From IMG/VR virus record IMGVR_UViG_3300027756_000004: DNA of 64,000 nucleotides; one strand, given 5' to 3'. Each line of letters begins with the position of its first letter. Within the stretch, counting starts at the first letter, position 1. The translations under genes and the position numbers were made by a program. Origin of the DNA: a virus. The notes beneath the pieces are model-generated. The model was not told where the DNA came from and made no database searches. It worked only from the letters and a program-made list of their open reading frames with translations. Shown piece after piece: positions 17,911 through 26,901 of this stretch.

Positions 17911-18511
17911 AAACATGTATCACAGATACCTTACTTTGCCTTTTGAGCACAGCATGCCCAAGTGTTACAATACTGAACACAATGATGTGGATTATCACGT
18001 GCAATTTGTACAAAAAGAATGGTGGGATCTGCGTTTTGTTGAATGGTTAAAAAAATATCAACTTAAACCTTCAAATGTATCTGAAGGTTTTTATGTAAGG
18101 CCCAATGGCGGTGGATTACCCATTCATAATGACAGTGCTGTGCTGAGTAATATTGTTAACATTAATTTTACTTGGGGTCCACTCACTAGCACCACTAGAT
18201 GGTGGCAACTAAAAAATGGATCATCATTTGAGATAGAGTTGCCAGAAAACACTCACATCACAGAGCAAAAAATTAAGCCCGATGTAAATATTAAACAGTA
18301 TCTTAGAGCACGTGAAGAAGAGTGTGACCTAATGTATGAACAAGTGATTCATACACCCAGTCTAATGAATGTGGGACAATTACACAACACCCATAATCCT
18401 GATACAAAAATGGGTCGCTGGACTCTAAGCTACATTATACTCAAATCTGACAATACGCATTTGCAATTTGAGGAAGCGTTAAAAATATTTAAGGATGTAG
18501 CATATGAATAA
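17903..18511 (+). CDS. Putative 2OG-Fe(II)/DSBH oxygenase, tandem paralogue 3
   Basis: Same motifs. ATG at 17903 in an ATGAATAA overlap. Confidence 0.6.
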   Translation: MNKNMYHRYLTLPFEHSMPKCYNTEHNDVDYHVQFVQKEWWDLRFVEWLKKYQLKPSNVSEGFYVRPNGGGLPIHNDSAVLSNIVNINFTWGPLTSTTRWWQLKNGSSFEIELPENTHITEQKIKPDVNIKQYLRAREEECDLMYEQVIHTPSLMNVGQLHNTHNPDTKMGRWTLSYIILKSDNTHLQFEEALKIFKDVAYE

Positions 18512-19106
18512 ACACATCTATCATAGATACTTAAAACTTCCTTTTGAATATAAAAAACCTAATAGGTTTAATTGCAGTTACGTTCATCCTAATATAATTG
18601 TAGTATTGCGAGAGGAAATTGATGATACAATAATTAAATGGATTGAATCGTTCAATCTACATGTGTCCAACGTGATTGAAGGATTTTATACTCCAGTGAA
18701 TGGTGGAAAGATACCCATGCACAATGACACTCCTACACTGCGCAATGCAACAAAAATAAATTTTACTTGGGGACCTAACAACAGTGTGACTAGGTGGTGG
18801 CGTGTAAAAAATTTAGAATTTTTAAAACCAGTTAAACCTGACAATAGTCACTTGTATGAGACAGGAATAAAGCCTGACATTGTGGTCACAGATGCATTTA
18901 CAGCACGTGAAGAAGATTGTGTTATGGTGCATGAACAAGTGATTAATCGACCCAGTCTAATGAACATAGGTCAACTGCACAGCACATACAATCCTGATAT
19001 GACTGAAGATCGTTGGACATTGTGTTTTACTTTGCTGCACCCCAACGGTCGTCATGTGGAATTTGAAGAAGCACTTGAAATATTTGAAAGTTTTATTGAT
19101 GAATAG
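18504..19106 (+). CDS. Putative 2OG-Fe(II)/DSBH oxygenase, tandem paralogue 4
   Basis: MHND, INFTWGP, NIGQLHS and RWTL. Confidence 0.6.
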   Translation: MNKHIYHRYLKLPFEYKKPNRFNCSYVHPNIIVVLREEIDDTIIKWIESFNLHVSNVIEGFYTPVNGGKIPMHNDTPTLRNATKINFTWGPNNSVTRWWRVKNLEFLKPVKPDNSHLYETGIKPDIVVTDAFTAREEDCVMVHEQVINRPSLMNIGQLHSTYNPDMTEDRWTLCFTLLHPNGRHVEFEEALEIFESFIDE

Positions 19107-19641
19107 AATTATTAGACTCACGTGTCCCAAACACAGTGATAGAAAATACATGTCCGCACAAAATGACAACTACATCAATAAATTAGAGGTGTATCATAAC
19201 ACACAAAAAATATTTGCCAACATCAATGATGCTGAGGAAAATCTACCTATCATGTTGGAAAAATCAATTGTGTTGGATGCAAATCACACACAGATGTTTG
19301 AATTCAATTATTTTATACGTTTTCATTCTGTGGAAGAATATGCCAAAATAAAATGGACTATTAAGCCTGTTAATTATTTGTATGAAAGTCATATTCAGTT
19401 GCTGAGATTGAACCATGTGGAAGGCAGCGAACATGTGTCAGACGACTATTGTATCACTGTGCGTTGCAATCAGTTTGTTTATAAAATTGGCAAAGAATAT
19501 CATCAAGCAGTAAACCCAGCAATTAATTTCAAAGATCTAGTGGACGTCAACGGATACTGTTGCTTCAGTGTGGAAACCAAAAAAGTGTTTAAAAATTCAC
19601 CCATCACCACATACGATCATTTGCAATTGGAAATACTATAA
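19099..19641 (+). CDS. Hypothetical protein
   Basis: ATG 19099 overlaps the previous stop (ATGAATAG). Confidence 0.65.
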   Translation: MNRIIRLTCPKHSDRKYMSAQNDNYINKLEVYHNTQKIFANINDAEENLPIMLEKSIVLDANHTQMFEFNYFIRFHSVEEYAKIKWTIKPVNYLYESHIQLLRLNHVEGSEHVSDDYCITVRCNQFVYKIGKEYHQAVNPAINFKDLVDVNGYCCFSVETKKVFKNSPITTYDHLQLEIL

Positions 19642-19649
19642 TTACTGCT

Positions 19650-20750
19650 ATGACACTGAAAGGATTGATTCCAGGCAAACAGCAGCCCACACACCCATCT
19701 GATAAGCATTGGCAATTTGGTACCATTAAAAACGAAATCAAAATGGTGGATCCTTTGTTGCATTATGGTTGTTTTACTTTGGGATTCAATAGAACAGACA
19801 TCATTCAACATGTGTGTGATGCCATGCAAAGTATCAAACCAGAGATAGCAGAATCTATTGTACATGCTGAAGATTTAAAATTAAACCCTGCAAGTTATCA
19901 ACTCAGCAATAAGTTGTTTGAAATGAGTGGCGGATATAGAAGTTTCTTTGCACTGTCAGGCAGTGACGCCAATGAGGGAGCAATTAAATTATCTTCTGCC
20001 TATCATCACGTGAAGAAAAATTATCACAAAACACAAGTGGTAAGTTTTGTAGGCAGTTATCATGGCAGCACTTTTCTCAACAGCAATCTTGGAGATCTAC
20101 TGATGGATAATCCCATGTACACCATGGAAGGATATCAAGGCGCACTTAGACTTGCTAGAGATTTTGACATAGACCAAGTGGATTGGAGCAAGGTAATGAG
20201 CATCATTGTGGAACCTTGTTCTTATGGAGGAGATATGACTCCCAACAGTGATTGGTTTTGGAAAAAATTAAAATTTGTACAAGAAGAATTTGATGTATTG
20301 TTGATAGTGGACGACATTTTTATGGGCGGAGGCAAGACTGGTGATTACTTTGGTTGGCGCAATTTGCCCATACAACCTGATATTTGCACCATGGGTAAAG
20401 CTATCACAGCAGGATATTTTCCTTTGAGTATGACATTGTACAATGAAAAAATACATAATACATTGCCAGCAAATTTTGATTGGGATCATGGTTACACATA
20501 TAATTTTTCACTGGCAGGCATAAACAGTGCATTAAAGTATCTGCAAATATTAGAACAAGAAAAAATATTAGACAAGTTTCACACCATACAACACAATGCA
20601 TGCAATTGCTTTCTTGCCACTGGTTATGAAATAATCAATAGTTTTGGTTGCCATTATGTAATCAAACGCGGCAACACACAAAGTTTATATGTGATTCCAT
20701 TGAATGCAACTGAAGAATATTTTTCAGTACTGAAACAAAATTTGAAATAA
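19650..20750 (+). CDS. Class III PLP-dependent aminotransferase
   Basis: SGSDANEGAIK, SYHGST, LLIVDDIFMGGGKTG and PDICTMGKAITAG (PLP Lys). Confidence 0.88.
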   Translation: MTLKGLIPGKQQPTHPSDKHWQFGTIKNEIKMVDPLLHYGCFTLGFNRTDIIQHVCDAMQSIKPEIAESIVHAEDLKLNPASYQLSNKLFEMSGGYRSFFALSGSDANEGAIKLSSAYHHVKKNYHKTQVVSFVGSYHGSTFLNSNLGDLLMDNPMYTMEGYQGALRLARDFDIDQVDWSKVMSIIVEPCSYGGDMTPNSDWFWKKLKFVQEEFDVLLIVDDIFMGGGKTGDYFGWRNLPIQPDICTMGKAITAGYFPLSMTLYNEKIHNTLPANFDWDHGYTYNFSLAGINSALKYLQILEQEKILDKFHTIQHNACNCFLATGYEIINSFGCHYVIKRGNTQSLYVIPLNATEEYFSVLKQNLK

Positions 20751-20751
20751 T

Positions 20752-21339
20752 ATGAAAATAGTTGATAGTTTTTTTGACCCACACATTCTAAAACAACTGA
20801 AAAATGCTATCAAAATTGAGATAGCAGATGAAAGCTGTATTTTAAATTACGTAGAGCAAAGTGCAGATGCACCAAGCAGTGACGCTGCGTTGTCCGAAAA
20901 AGAACACTATGGACTGATCAACAGCAAGTATTATCTATTGAAAGGGCCAAGCGTTAATATTATTCTACAACAATTAATAGATAAAAAATATGCTGTTGCA
21001 TCTGTGATAGACAATTGGGATGGCATGTTGCGCTATCACGAAAACAAAGCGCCTTATGGAGCGCAATGGCATCTAGATGGATTGTATGAGAATAATAATA
21101 CCGCACTGGATTATGTAGGCATCACAATATTTTTAAATGATACATGGCACGTAAATTATGGTGGAATGTTTGTTTATAAAGAAACTAAAGAAGACACACA
21201 AGGAATTTTCATTGAACCCATAGGCAACAGAATAATTATTAACACCAATGACTTGTTACATGCTGTTACACCCATCACCAACAATGAAGTCACTAGATAT
21301 TCTTTGCAGATGTTTATTAATCACAAATATTTAATATGA
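20752..21339 (+). CDS. 2OG-Fe(II) oxygenase (prolyl-4-hydroxylase-like)
   Basis: WHLD, IFLNDTW..YGG, LHAVTP and RYSLQ. Confidence 0.85.
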   Translation: MKIVDSFFDPHILKQLKNAIKIEIADESCILNYVEQSADAPSSDAALSEKEHYGLINSKYYLLKGPSVNIILQQLIDKKYAVASVIDNWDGMLRYHENKAPYGAQWHLDGLYENNNTALDYVGITIFLNDTWHVNYGGMFVYKETKEDTQGIFIEPIGNRIIINTNDLLHAVTPITNNEVTRYSLQMFINHKYLI

Positions 21340-22406
21340 TATACACTGAATTCGATCCTTTACAAGAAGTTATAGTGGGAGATTGTTATGCTCCTGGAGA
21401 CATGGATCAATTCTTGCCTGCAGAAAGTGTGGCAAGTTTTAATAGAATATTGGAAGAAACCAAACAAGATCTAGAAGATTTATCTAATTTTTTACGTGCA
21501 TCTCAAATTCAAGTGCATAGACCTCAAGTTATAAAATACGACCATCCTATTTCAATGCCTAATTTCCAAGTGCAACTGCCAATATGTCCTATTGTGCCTA
21601 GAGATCAATATCTAATTGTGGGCAAACAGATCATTCAAACATATACTAGTTACACTGATAGATATTTTGACTCATTGAGTTACACAAAAATTTTTAACCA
21701 GTTGTTTCAACAAGGATACAATTGGATCTCACAACCTTTGCCTATGCTGGTTGATGCAGAAATAGATGACAATTGGTACATATCAGACAGTATCTATAAA
21801 GAAAGACTGGCAGATCAATTGTTGTGGCACACAGCTTCAGTGTTCAAAGCAGGTGATACTCTCATATACAATGGTAAAGGACCTGGCACACAATTAGGTT
21901 TAGAATGGCTCAAACGTAATCTTACAGAATACAAATACGTTGAAAACACAGGTGACACAGTGTTTAAAAACTACGGTCATATTGATCATGGATTTTTATT
22001 AATAGATGATGACACAGTGATTCACGCTGGTATAGAATGGGTACCTTTGGCTTTAAGAAATAAAAAATTAATAGATGTTAAGAATTACGTGGGCAAAGTC
22101 GTAGTAGACAACTACATTAAAGACTACACTGCTACTGCTGGCAAATATTCTAACGCTTGGTTAGAAAAATACCTTGCCAATTGGAGAGGTTACACTCAAG
22201 AGATATGTTTTGATCTTAATGTGTTAATTCTAGATTCAAAAAATATACTGTTTGGCAAGCATCTACCTGAACTGTTTCAATATTTAAAAACTTTCAATAT
22301 TAATTGTCATGTGGTGTCACAACGCCACGAGGTTTATTGGGAAGGTGGCACTCATTGCTGCACGTTAGATGTCAAACGTAAAGGCACCAAAAGAAAGATA
22401 ATTTAG
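21336..22406 (+). CDS. Amidinotransferase (pentein; glycine/inosamine amidinotransferase-like)
   Basis: TEFDPLQEVIVG, PRD, GHID and GGTHCCTLDVKR. Confidence 0.85.
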   Translation: MIYTEFDPLQEVIVGDCYAPGDMDQFLPAESVASFNRILEETKQDLEDLSNFLRASQIQVHRPQVIKYDHPISMPNFQVQLPICPIVPRDQYLIVGKQIIQTYTSYTDRYFDSLSYTKIFNQLFQQGYNWISQPLPMLVDAEIDDNWYISDSIYKERLADQLLWHTASVFKAGDTLIYNGKGPGTQLGLEWLKRNLTEYKYVENTGDTVFKNYGHIDHGFLLIDDDTVIHAGIEWVPLALRNKKLIDVKNYVGKVVVDNYIKDYTATAGKYSNAWLEKYLANWRGYTQEICFDLNVLILDSKNILFGKHLPELFQYLKTFNINCHVVSQRHEVYWEGGTHCCTLDVKRKGTKRKII

Positions 22407-22957
22407 ATTCTTCTTAGATCAATAGCACTGATATACAGATCACTGTTTAATATATAATCAACTGTTTTGATGATGTCATCTGCACTGCAACTGGGCTCGT
22501 TGGCTCTAGTTCCAGTTTTTTGTCCATAATTGGCTATTCGAAGCAGGGTAAATTTTGTCTGCTGACCAAACGGTTGCTGCATACTGCACTGATCATGCAC
22601 AGCATCAAGATGTTGTTTTTGTTTAAGATACAAAGGATCTATTCCAATAGTGTGCAACAACTCCGGGCTAATTTTCGTAGCCAGCGTGCCAAAAGTAATT
22701 ACATTTTTTAATGAATATGATGAGTTCCATTTATCAGTGATATGTTTTAAAATTTCGCTTTGTAAATCTCCTATGTGTGCTAAATTTAATAAACAATTGC
22801 TGTGCAATGCTGCTTCAATCATTTGTTGCATGTGAGAGGTATTGTATAAATCAAATCCATTACTTTTAGAAAATCCTACACATGTATGATCTTTATTCAA
22901 GTGTTCAAACAATACTTGACCTATGTTGGAAGTATGTCCTGTGATAGTTATTTTCAT
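22403..22957 (-). CDS. Short-chain dehydrogenase/reductase-like Rossmann protein
   Basis: ITGHTSNIG, LNLAH and YLKQK (YxxxK). Confidence 0.65.
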   Translation of the reverse strand: MKITITGHTSNIGQVLFEHLNKDHTCVGFSKSNGFDLYNTSHMQQMIEAALHSNCLLNLAHIGDLQSEILKHITDKWNSSYSLKNVITFGTLATKISPELLHTIGIDPLYLKQKQHLDAVHDQCSMQQPFGQQTKFTLLRIANYGQKTGTRANEPSCSADDIIKTVDYILNSDLYISAIDLRRI

Positions 22958-23550
22958 TTTATGGTAAATCTCACTCCTTGTATGAATCTGTGTAATTCGG
23001 ATGACACTCCATGACCAAACTCTTCAATTTCTAACAATATTGGAGTGTTGGCTTGCCAGGCGAATTCATGCGATGCTTTGTAAATTTTTTCTGCAACCAC
23101 AGTTTGATTCACTAATAGAGCTTCGCCATTGATTTTGAAGTGAAATTTTTCACAACCTATCAGAAATTTATTATTGAAATCATTCAATTCTGTTTTCAAC
23201 ACATTCATAAAATTGTACTCAAAATCAATTTTCCAAATATCTGTTTTCATACATGTTAGATCAATTATCGCAAACACATCTATGTTTTCTCCACTGGGTA
23301 TCCATGTTTGTCTGTTTAAAAATTTAAATTGATTTTTTTTGTTAAAAAATATGTCTATGTCTGCATTACGAATAATAGCACCCAGCTCCATGCCTTCCTT
23401 GCTTAATTCTATCTCAGGCCACAACAATTGTTCATTGTATATGACCATGAGAGTATCTTTCAACTCTCCAGACTTAACTGCTTGATTATCTCCATTATCA
23501 GTTCTCATTATGGGCCAATAATCAAATTGAAAGATCATTTTTTTATTCAT
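22954..23550 (-). CDS. Hypothetical protein
   Basis: 198-aa ORF in operon order. Confidence 0.65.
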   Translation of the reverse strand: MNKKMIFQFDYWPIMRTDNGDNQAVKSGELKDTLMVIYNEQLLWPEIELSKEGMELGAIIRNADIDIFFNKKNQFKFLNRQTWIPSGENIDVFAIIDLTCMKTDIWKIDFEYNFMNVLKTELNDFNNKFLIGCEKFHFKINGEALLVNQTVVAEKIYKASHEFAWQANTPILLEIEEFGHGVSSELHRFIQGVRFTIK

Positions 23551-23553
23551 TAA

Positions 23554-24102
23554 TTATCCCCAAATGTTGAATATATATTTGGGAATCAATCCTGCATTGG
23601 ATCCTGCATGCCAAGCAGTGCGTCTAGGCCACTTCCAAGTGGCACCCATCTCTTGATTGTATAGACAATGATCTTCCACAATTAATACATGTCCTGGAGC
23701 AGGTGCGCTGATGTGACAGTGATATCTCACAATTTCTTTATTGTGTGACAAAGTTTCTTCATCATCGGTGATATCCCAATGCCAAGGCGCCACGTCACCA
23801 GGCTTAACTCTACTAATCCATGCATTGATATAATTTTTCATTCCCACCCATTCACAAAATTTGTCCACTATTTTTTTATCAAAATTTGTGCCTGGGAGAT
23901 ACATGTCCCAACTAGCATTGCCGCCTTCATGTTTCATTTTATAGCCAGCTTCACGCAATGGTTTGGCCACTTCTTCCACGCCTGGCACTTGATGGCCTAC
24001 ATCATGTCTTGGCCCTATGTAAGCACTCTGTTGATCTTCAATGCTTTTTATTACTGTGTGCCAATCTATTACGTTCTTGCTGTTGCCGATGTATTCAAGC
24101 AT
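23554..24102 (-). CDS. 2OG-Fe(II) oxygenase, Asp/Asn beta-hydroxylase-like
   Basis: ISRVKPGDVAPWHWD and WHAGSN. Confidence 0.7.
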   Translation of the reverse strand: MLEYIGNSKNVIDWHTVIKSIEDQQSAYIGPRHDVGHQVPGVEEVAKPLREAGYKMKHEGGNASWDMYLPGTNFDKKIVDKFCEWVGMKNYINAWISRVKPGDVAPWHWDITDDEETLSHNKEIVRYHCHISAPAPGHVLIVEDHCLYNQEMGATWKWPRRTAWHAGSNAGLIPKYIFNIWG

Positions 24103-24733
24103 TTAAAAAATCTCCTGGCCATCTGCCATAGTTCATTTTGACAGTCAAATCATACAATTTAAAAGTGTCATACACATCACCCATCACGCTTTGTGCGAAT
24201 CTTGGGTGGCTGGGATCATGCACTATAGAACTTAACAATGCTTTAGGAGCATACCTATCTTCGGAGCTGCTGCAGCCATATAGATCCATGATATGTATTT
24301 GATTTTTGTCATCCATGTAAAAAGTATGAGGGTATAAATTGGATTTACGTATGTCCTGTGCCAACAAATCTGCTAGAATATCTTTGATCTGTTGTTTCCA
24401 ATTTTCTATCTTTTCAAGTTGACCATAGCGCAACAAAATATTTACACTGCGTTCATACCATTTGAATTCAATTATTCTTTTTTCTATATCTATATGGGTC
24501 ACTTCAGGAGCATATGGTTTATTTTTTAATATTTCTATGTATTTTATTTCTCTTTGAAACCATTCAGTTCTTAAATTTTCAGTCATGTTAGGATTTACAA
24601 AATATTTGTTGTTGTTAAAATTCATTCTAAATACATTAGGTTCTGGTATACTCACAAGTGGTTCATACACATGGTTGGCTACTGACCAGCTATCTAAATC
24701 ATTTTTGTACCATTGACGCCACTTGTTATTCAT
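24095..24733 (-). CDS. Protein-kinase-like fold protein (degenerate)
   Basis: FQREIKYI, YAPEV, KSNLYPHTF and IMDLYG. ATG 24733 in an ATGAATAA overlap. Confidence 0.5.
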   Translation of the reverse strand: MNNKWRQWYKNDLDSWSVANHVYEPLVSIPEPNVFRMNFNNNKYFVNPNMTENLRTEWFQREIKYIEILKNKPYAPEVTHIDIEKRIIEFKWYERSVNILLRYGQLEKIENWKQQIKDILADLLAQDIRKSNLYPHTFYMDDKNQIHIMDLYGCSSSEDRYAPKALLSSIVHDPSHPRFAQSVMGDVYDTFKLYDLTVKMNYGRWPGDFLNA

Positions 24734-25397
24734 GTTGAATCTCCACATTGAATCCGCAACTGTTTTTTAATTTCATAATTTGTGGCAAGTGAGTGTGTTC
24801 AATTTCAAAAGTTATTTCTGTTTCACTTACTTTTTTAAATTTATTCATGCAGCCTTGCTTGTTTAATCTGTTTAACACCATGCTAAAACTGTTATCAAAC
24901 AGATATCTTAAATTGTAAGGAGGTTGGCTCACAATCACTTTGACTCTACAAGGGTCTTGCAGTGTTGTTTGGTTTAATAGTTTGCGTATAACCAACTGAA
25001 TGCGTGATTTGTAACCTAGATTAGCAGCAGAATGTATACGACCAGCATCCATGAGATACACTTTATCGTCTACTGCAGTTACATGCATTTTTAAATTTTT
25101 TAAATCATACAAATAACTGTGTTCAGCCTGTAGTGTGAGATGATATCTATCATCTATGTCAGCATGAGCGCAATAGCTCTCACCTGGCTCCAGCACAATT
25201 ATTCTTGCTTCACCCACAGATCCCAGTTGAGCAAAAAGATCCAAAATAGCAGACTTTTTAAATTCGTCTTTCAATTGCCAAGCATCATAGAAAAAATCTC
25301 CAGTGGGCACATTCAATTGAGTTTTTGGTAAATTCAAAATTGGTAAACTGCTGAAAATTTCTTTGGCAGAGCAATTAACATTTATTTGGTCAAGCAT
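24726..25397 (-). CDS. Asp/Asn beta-hydroxylase-like 2OG-Fe(II) oxygenase
   Basis: ARIIVLEPGESYCAHADIDDRYH, IHSAAN and RIQLV. Confidence 0.75.
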   Translation of the reverse strand: MLDQINVNCSAKEIFSSLPILNLPKTQLNVPTGDFFYDAWQLKDEFKKSAILDLFAQLGSVGEARIIVLEPGESYCAHADIDDRYHLTLQAEHSYLYDLKNLKMHVTAVDDKVYLMDAGRIHSAANLGYKSRIQLVIRKLLNQTTLQDPCRVKVIVSQPPYNLRYLFDNSFSMVLNRLNKQGCMNKFKKVSETEITFEIEHTHLPQIMKLKNSCGFNVEIQHE

Positions 25398-25402
25398 GTT
25401 TA

Positions 25403-25446
25403 TACTTATCGTAAAATATTACGTGGCCATTTGATATAGGTAAATA
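25403..25446. promoter_or_regulatory. Divergent putative late promoters
   Basis: GATAAGTA on the - strand (25403-25410, 5 nt from the ATG) and GTAAATA on the + strand (25440-25446). Confidence 0.45.
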
Positions 25447-25459
25447 TTCAGTCCATACT

Positions 25460-26281
25460 ATGTCTAATTACGAGCAAATAAAAACGCTTTACGAAACCAG
25501 TGTCTTCAAAAATATCACTAATCTGATTGATGAAGTGTATGTACCATTGTCTACCAAATGGAAAAATATTGGTATCAGTGTGAGCGGTGGAGCTGACAGT
25601 GCTTTAATGACATACCTGTTGTGTGATTTGATTGTAAAAAATAAATTGCACATCAACGTGCATATCATTACCAATGTAAGATGTTGGAAAACTAGACCTT
25701 GGCAACGTCAAAACAGTTTGGAAGTTTTTAATTATATCACTAATAAATTTAAAGAAATACAATTCAAAAGACATGAAAATTTTATTGCTCCAGATTTGGA
25801 GTGGGGATCCAAAGGACCTAGTATTGTGGATGAATATGGTAGATTAAAAAGCGGCAATCAAATAGAACTGCGTGCTCACGCTGAATATGTTGCCCACACA
25901 GAAAAACTAGATGCTTGGTATTGCGGGGTGAACCAAAATCCTGATAAAGAATTTGATCAACGTCTCACAGATAGAGATGTGTTTATTGACACAGTTTCTG
26001 ATGCTCTGTTGGACAAGTTAATCAAAGCACACATGGGCGGCTATGCTTGTCACCCTTTCACGTATGTGAAGAAAGATTGGATAGTTGCTCAATATAAAAA
26101 ATTAGGCATAATGGACCTATTCAATCTTACTCGCAGTTGTGAAGGTGACCGTGACACATCACCTCAAATCTTTGGAGACTTAGATTACAGGACTTATGTG
26201 CCGGGCCAGCCCGTGCCTGTGTGTGAAAAATGTTTTTGGTGTCAAGAGCGCCAATGGGGAGTGACTCAATGTCAAGATTAA
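25460..26281 (+). CDS. QueC-like PP-loop ATP pyrophosphatase
   Basis: ISVSGGADS PP-loop and C-terminal TRSC...CEKCFWCQER zinc motif. The central region diverges from canonical QueC. Confidence 0.75.
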   Translation: MSNYEQIKTLYETSVFKNITNLIDEVYVPLSTKWKNIGISVSGGADSALMTYLLCDLIVKNKLHINVHIITNVRCWKTRPWQRQNSLEVFNYITNKFKEIQFKRHENFIAPDLEWGSKGPSIVDEYGRLKSGNQIELRAHAEYVAHTEKLDAWYCGVNQNPDKEFDQRLTDRDVFIDTVSDALLDKLIKAHMGGYACHPFTYVKKDWIVAQYKKLGIMDLFNLTRSCEGDRDTSPQIFGDLDYRTYVPGQPVPVCEKCFWCQERQWGVTQCQD

Positions 26282-26901
26282 TCGTATTTGGTTGTTCATA
26301 TGCATATGGCACTGGATTGCCTGATTGTGAAAATTGGTTATTTGACACTATACACAATCTAAAACCAAGTGAATTGGGATGGCCTAAATTGCTATCTACA
26401 AAATTAAATTGTGTATTAATCAACGAAAGTTTTCCTGGTTCAAGTAACACTGAGATATTATACACTTTGTTAAAATTTAAGTTGCAAAAAGATGATAAAG
26501 TCGTAATTATGTGGACTCATTATGCTAGAGATATGCTGTTTAATTATCCACACAAATTTGCTTTTTTTAGAGATAGATTAGGACCATGGGGTAAAACACA
26601 TCAAGAACGCAAATGGGCAGAATATTTAAACGAAAAAGATTATGCTATGAAAAGTTGGTTGAACATACATCATGCAGATTTATATCTACGCAATAAAAAT
26701 ATTCAATACATTCATTATCCAGCCACGCCTGAGGAGTTTGACAAAAATAAATTAAATTTTATTAAGGTAAACAACTATTATAACAATGGTATTAGTGTGT
26801 TGGACAAAGCTGCAGATGATTTGCATCCAGGCATACAAAGCAATAATCACACTGCAAACACAATTTATAAAATTTTTGAAAGATACAATGACAGATCATA
26901 A
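26269..26901 (+). CDS. SGNH-like protein
   Basis: LIVFGCSYAYG, PGSSN and DDLHPG. Confidence 0.6.
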   Translation: MSRLIVFGCSYAYGTGLPDCENWLFDTIHNLKPSELGWPKLLSTKLNCVLINESFPGSSNTEILYTLLKFKLQKDDKVVIMWTHYARDMLFNYPHKFAFFRDRLGPWGKTHQERKWAEYLNEKDYAMKSWLNIHHADLYLRNKNIQYIHYPATPEEFDKNKLNFIKVNNYYNNGISVLDKAADDLHPGIQSNNHTANTIYKIFERYNDRS

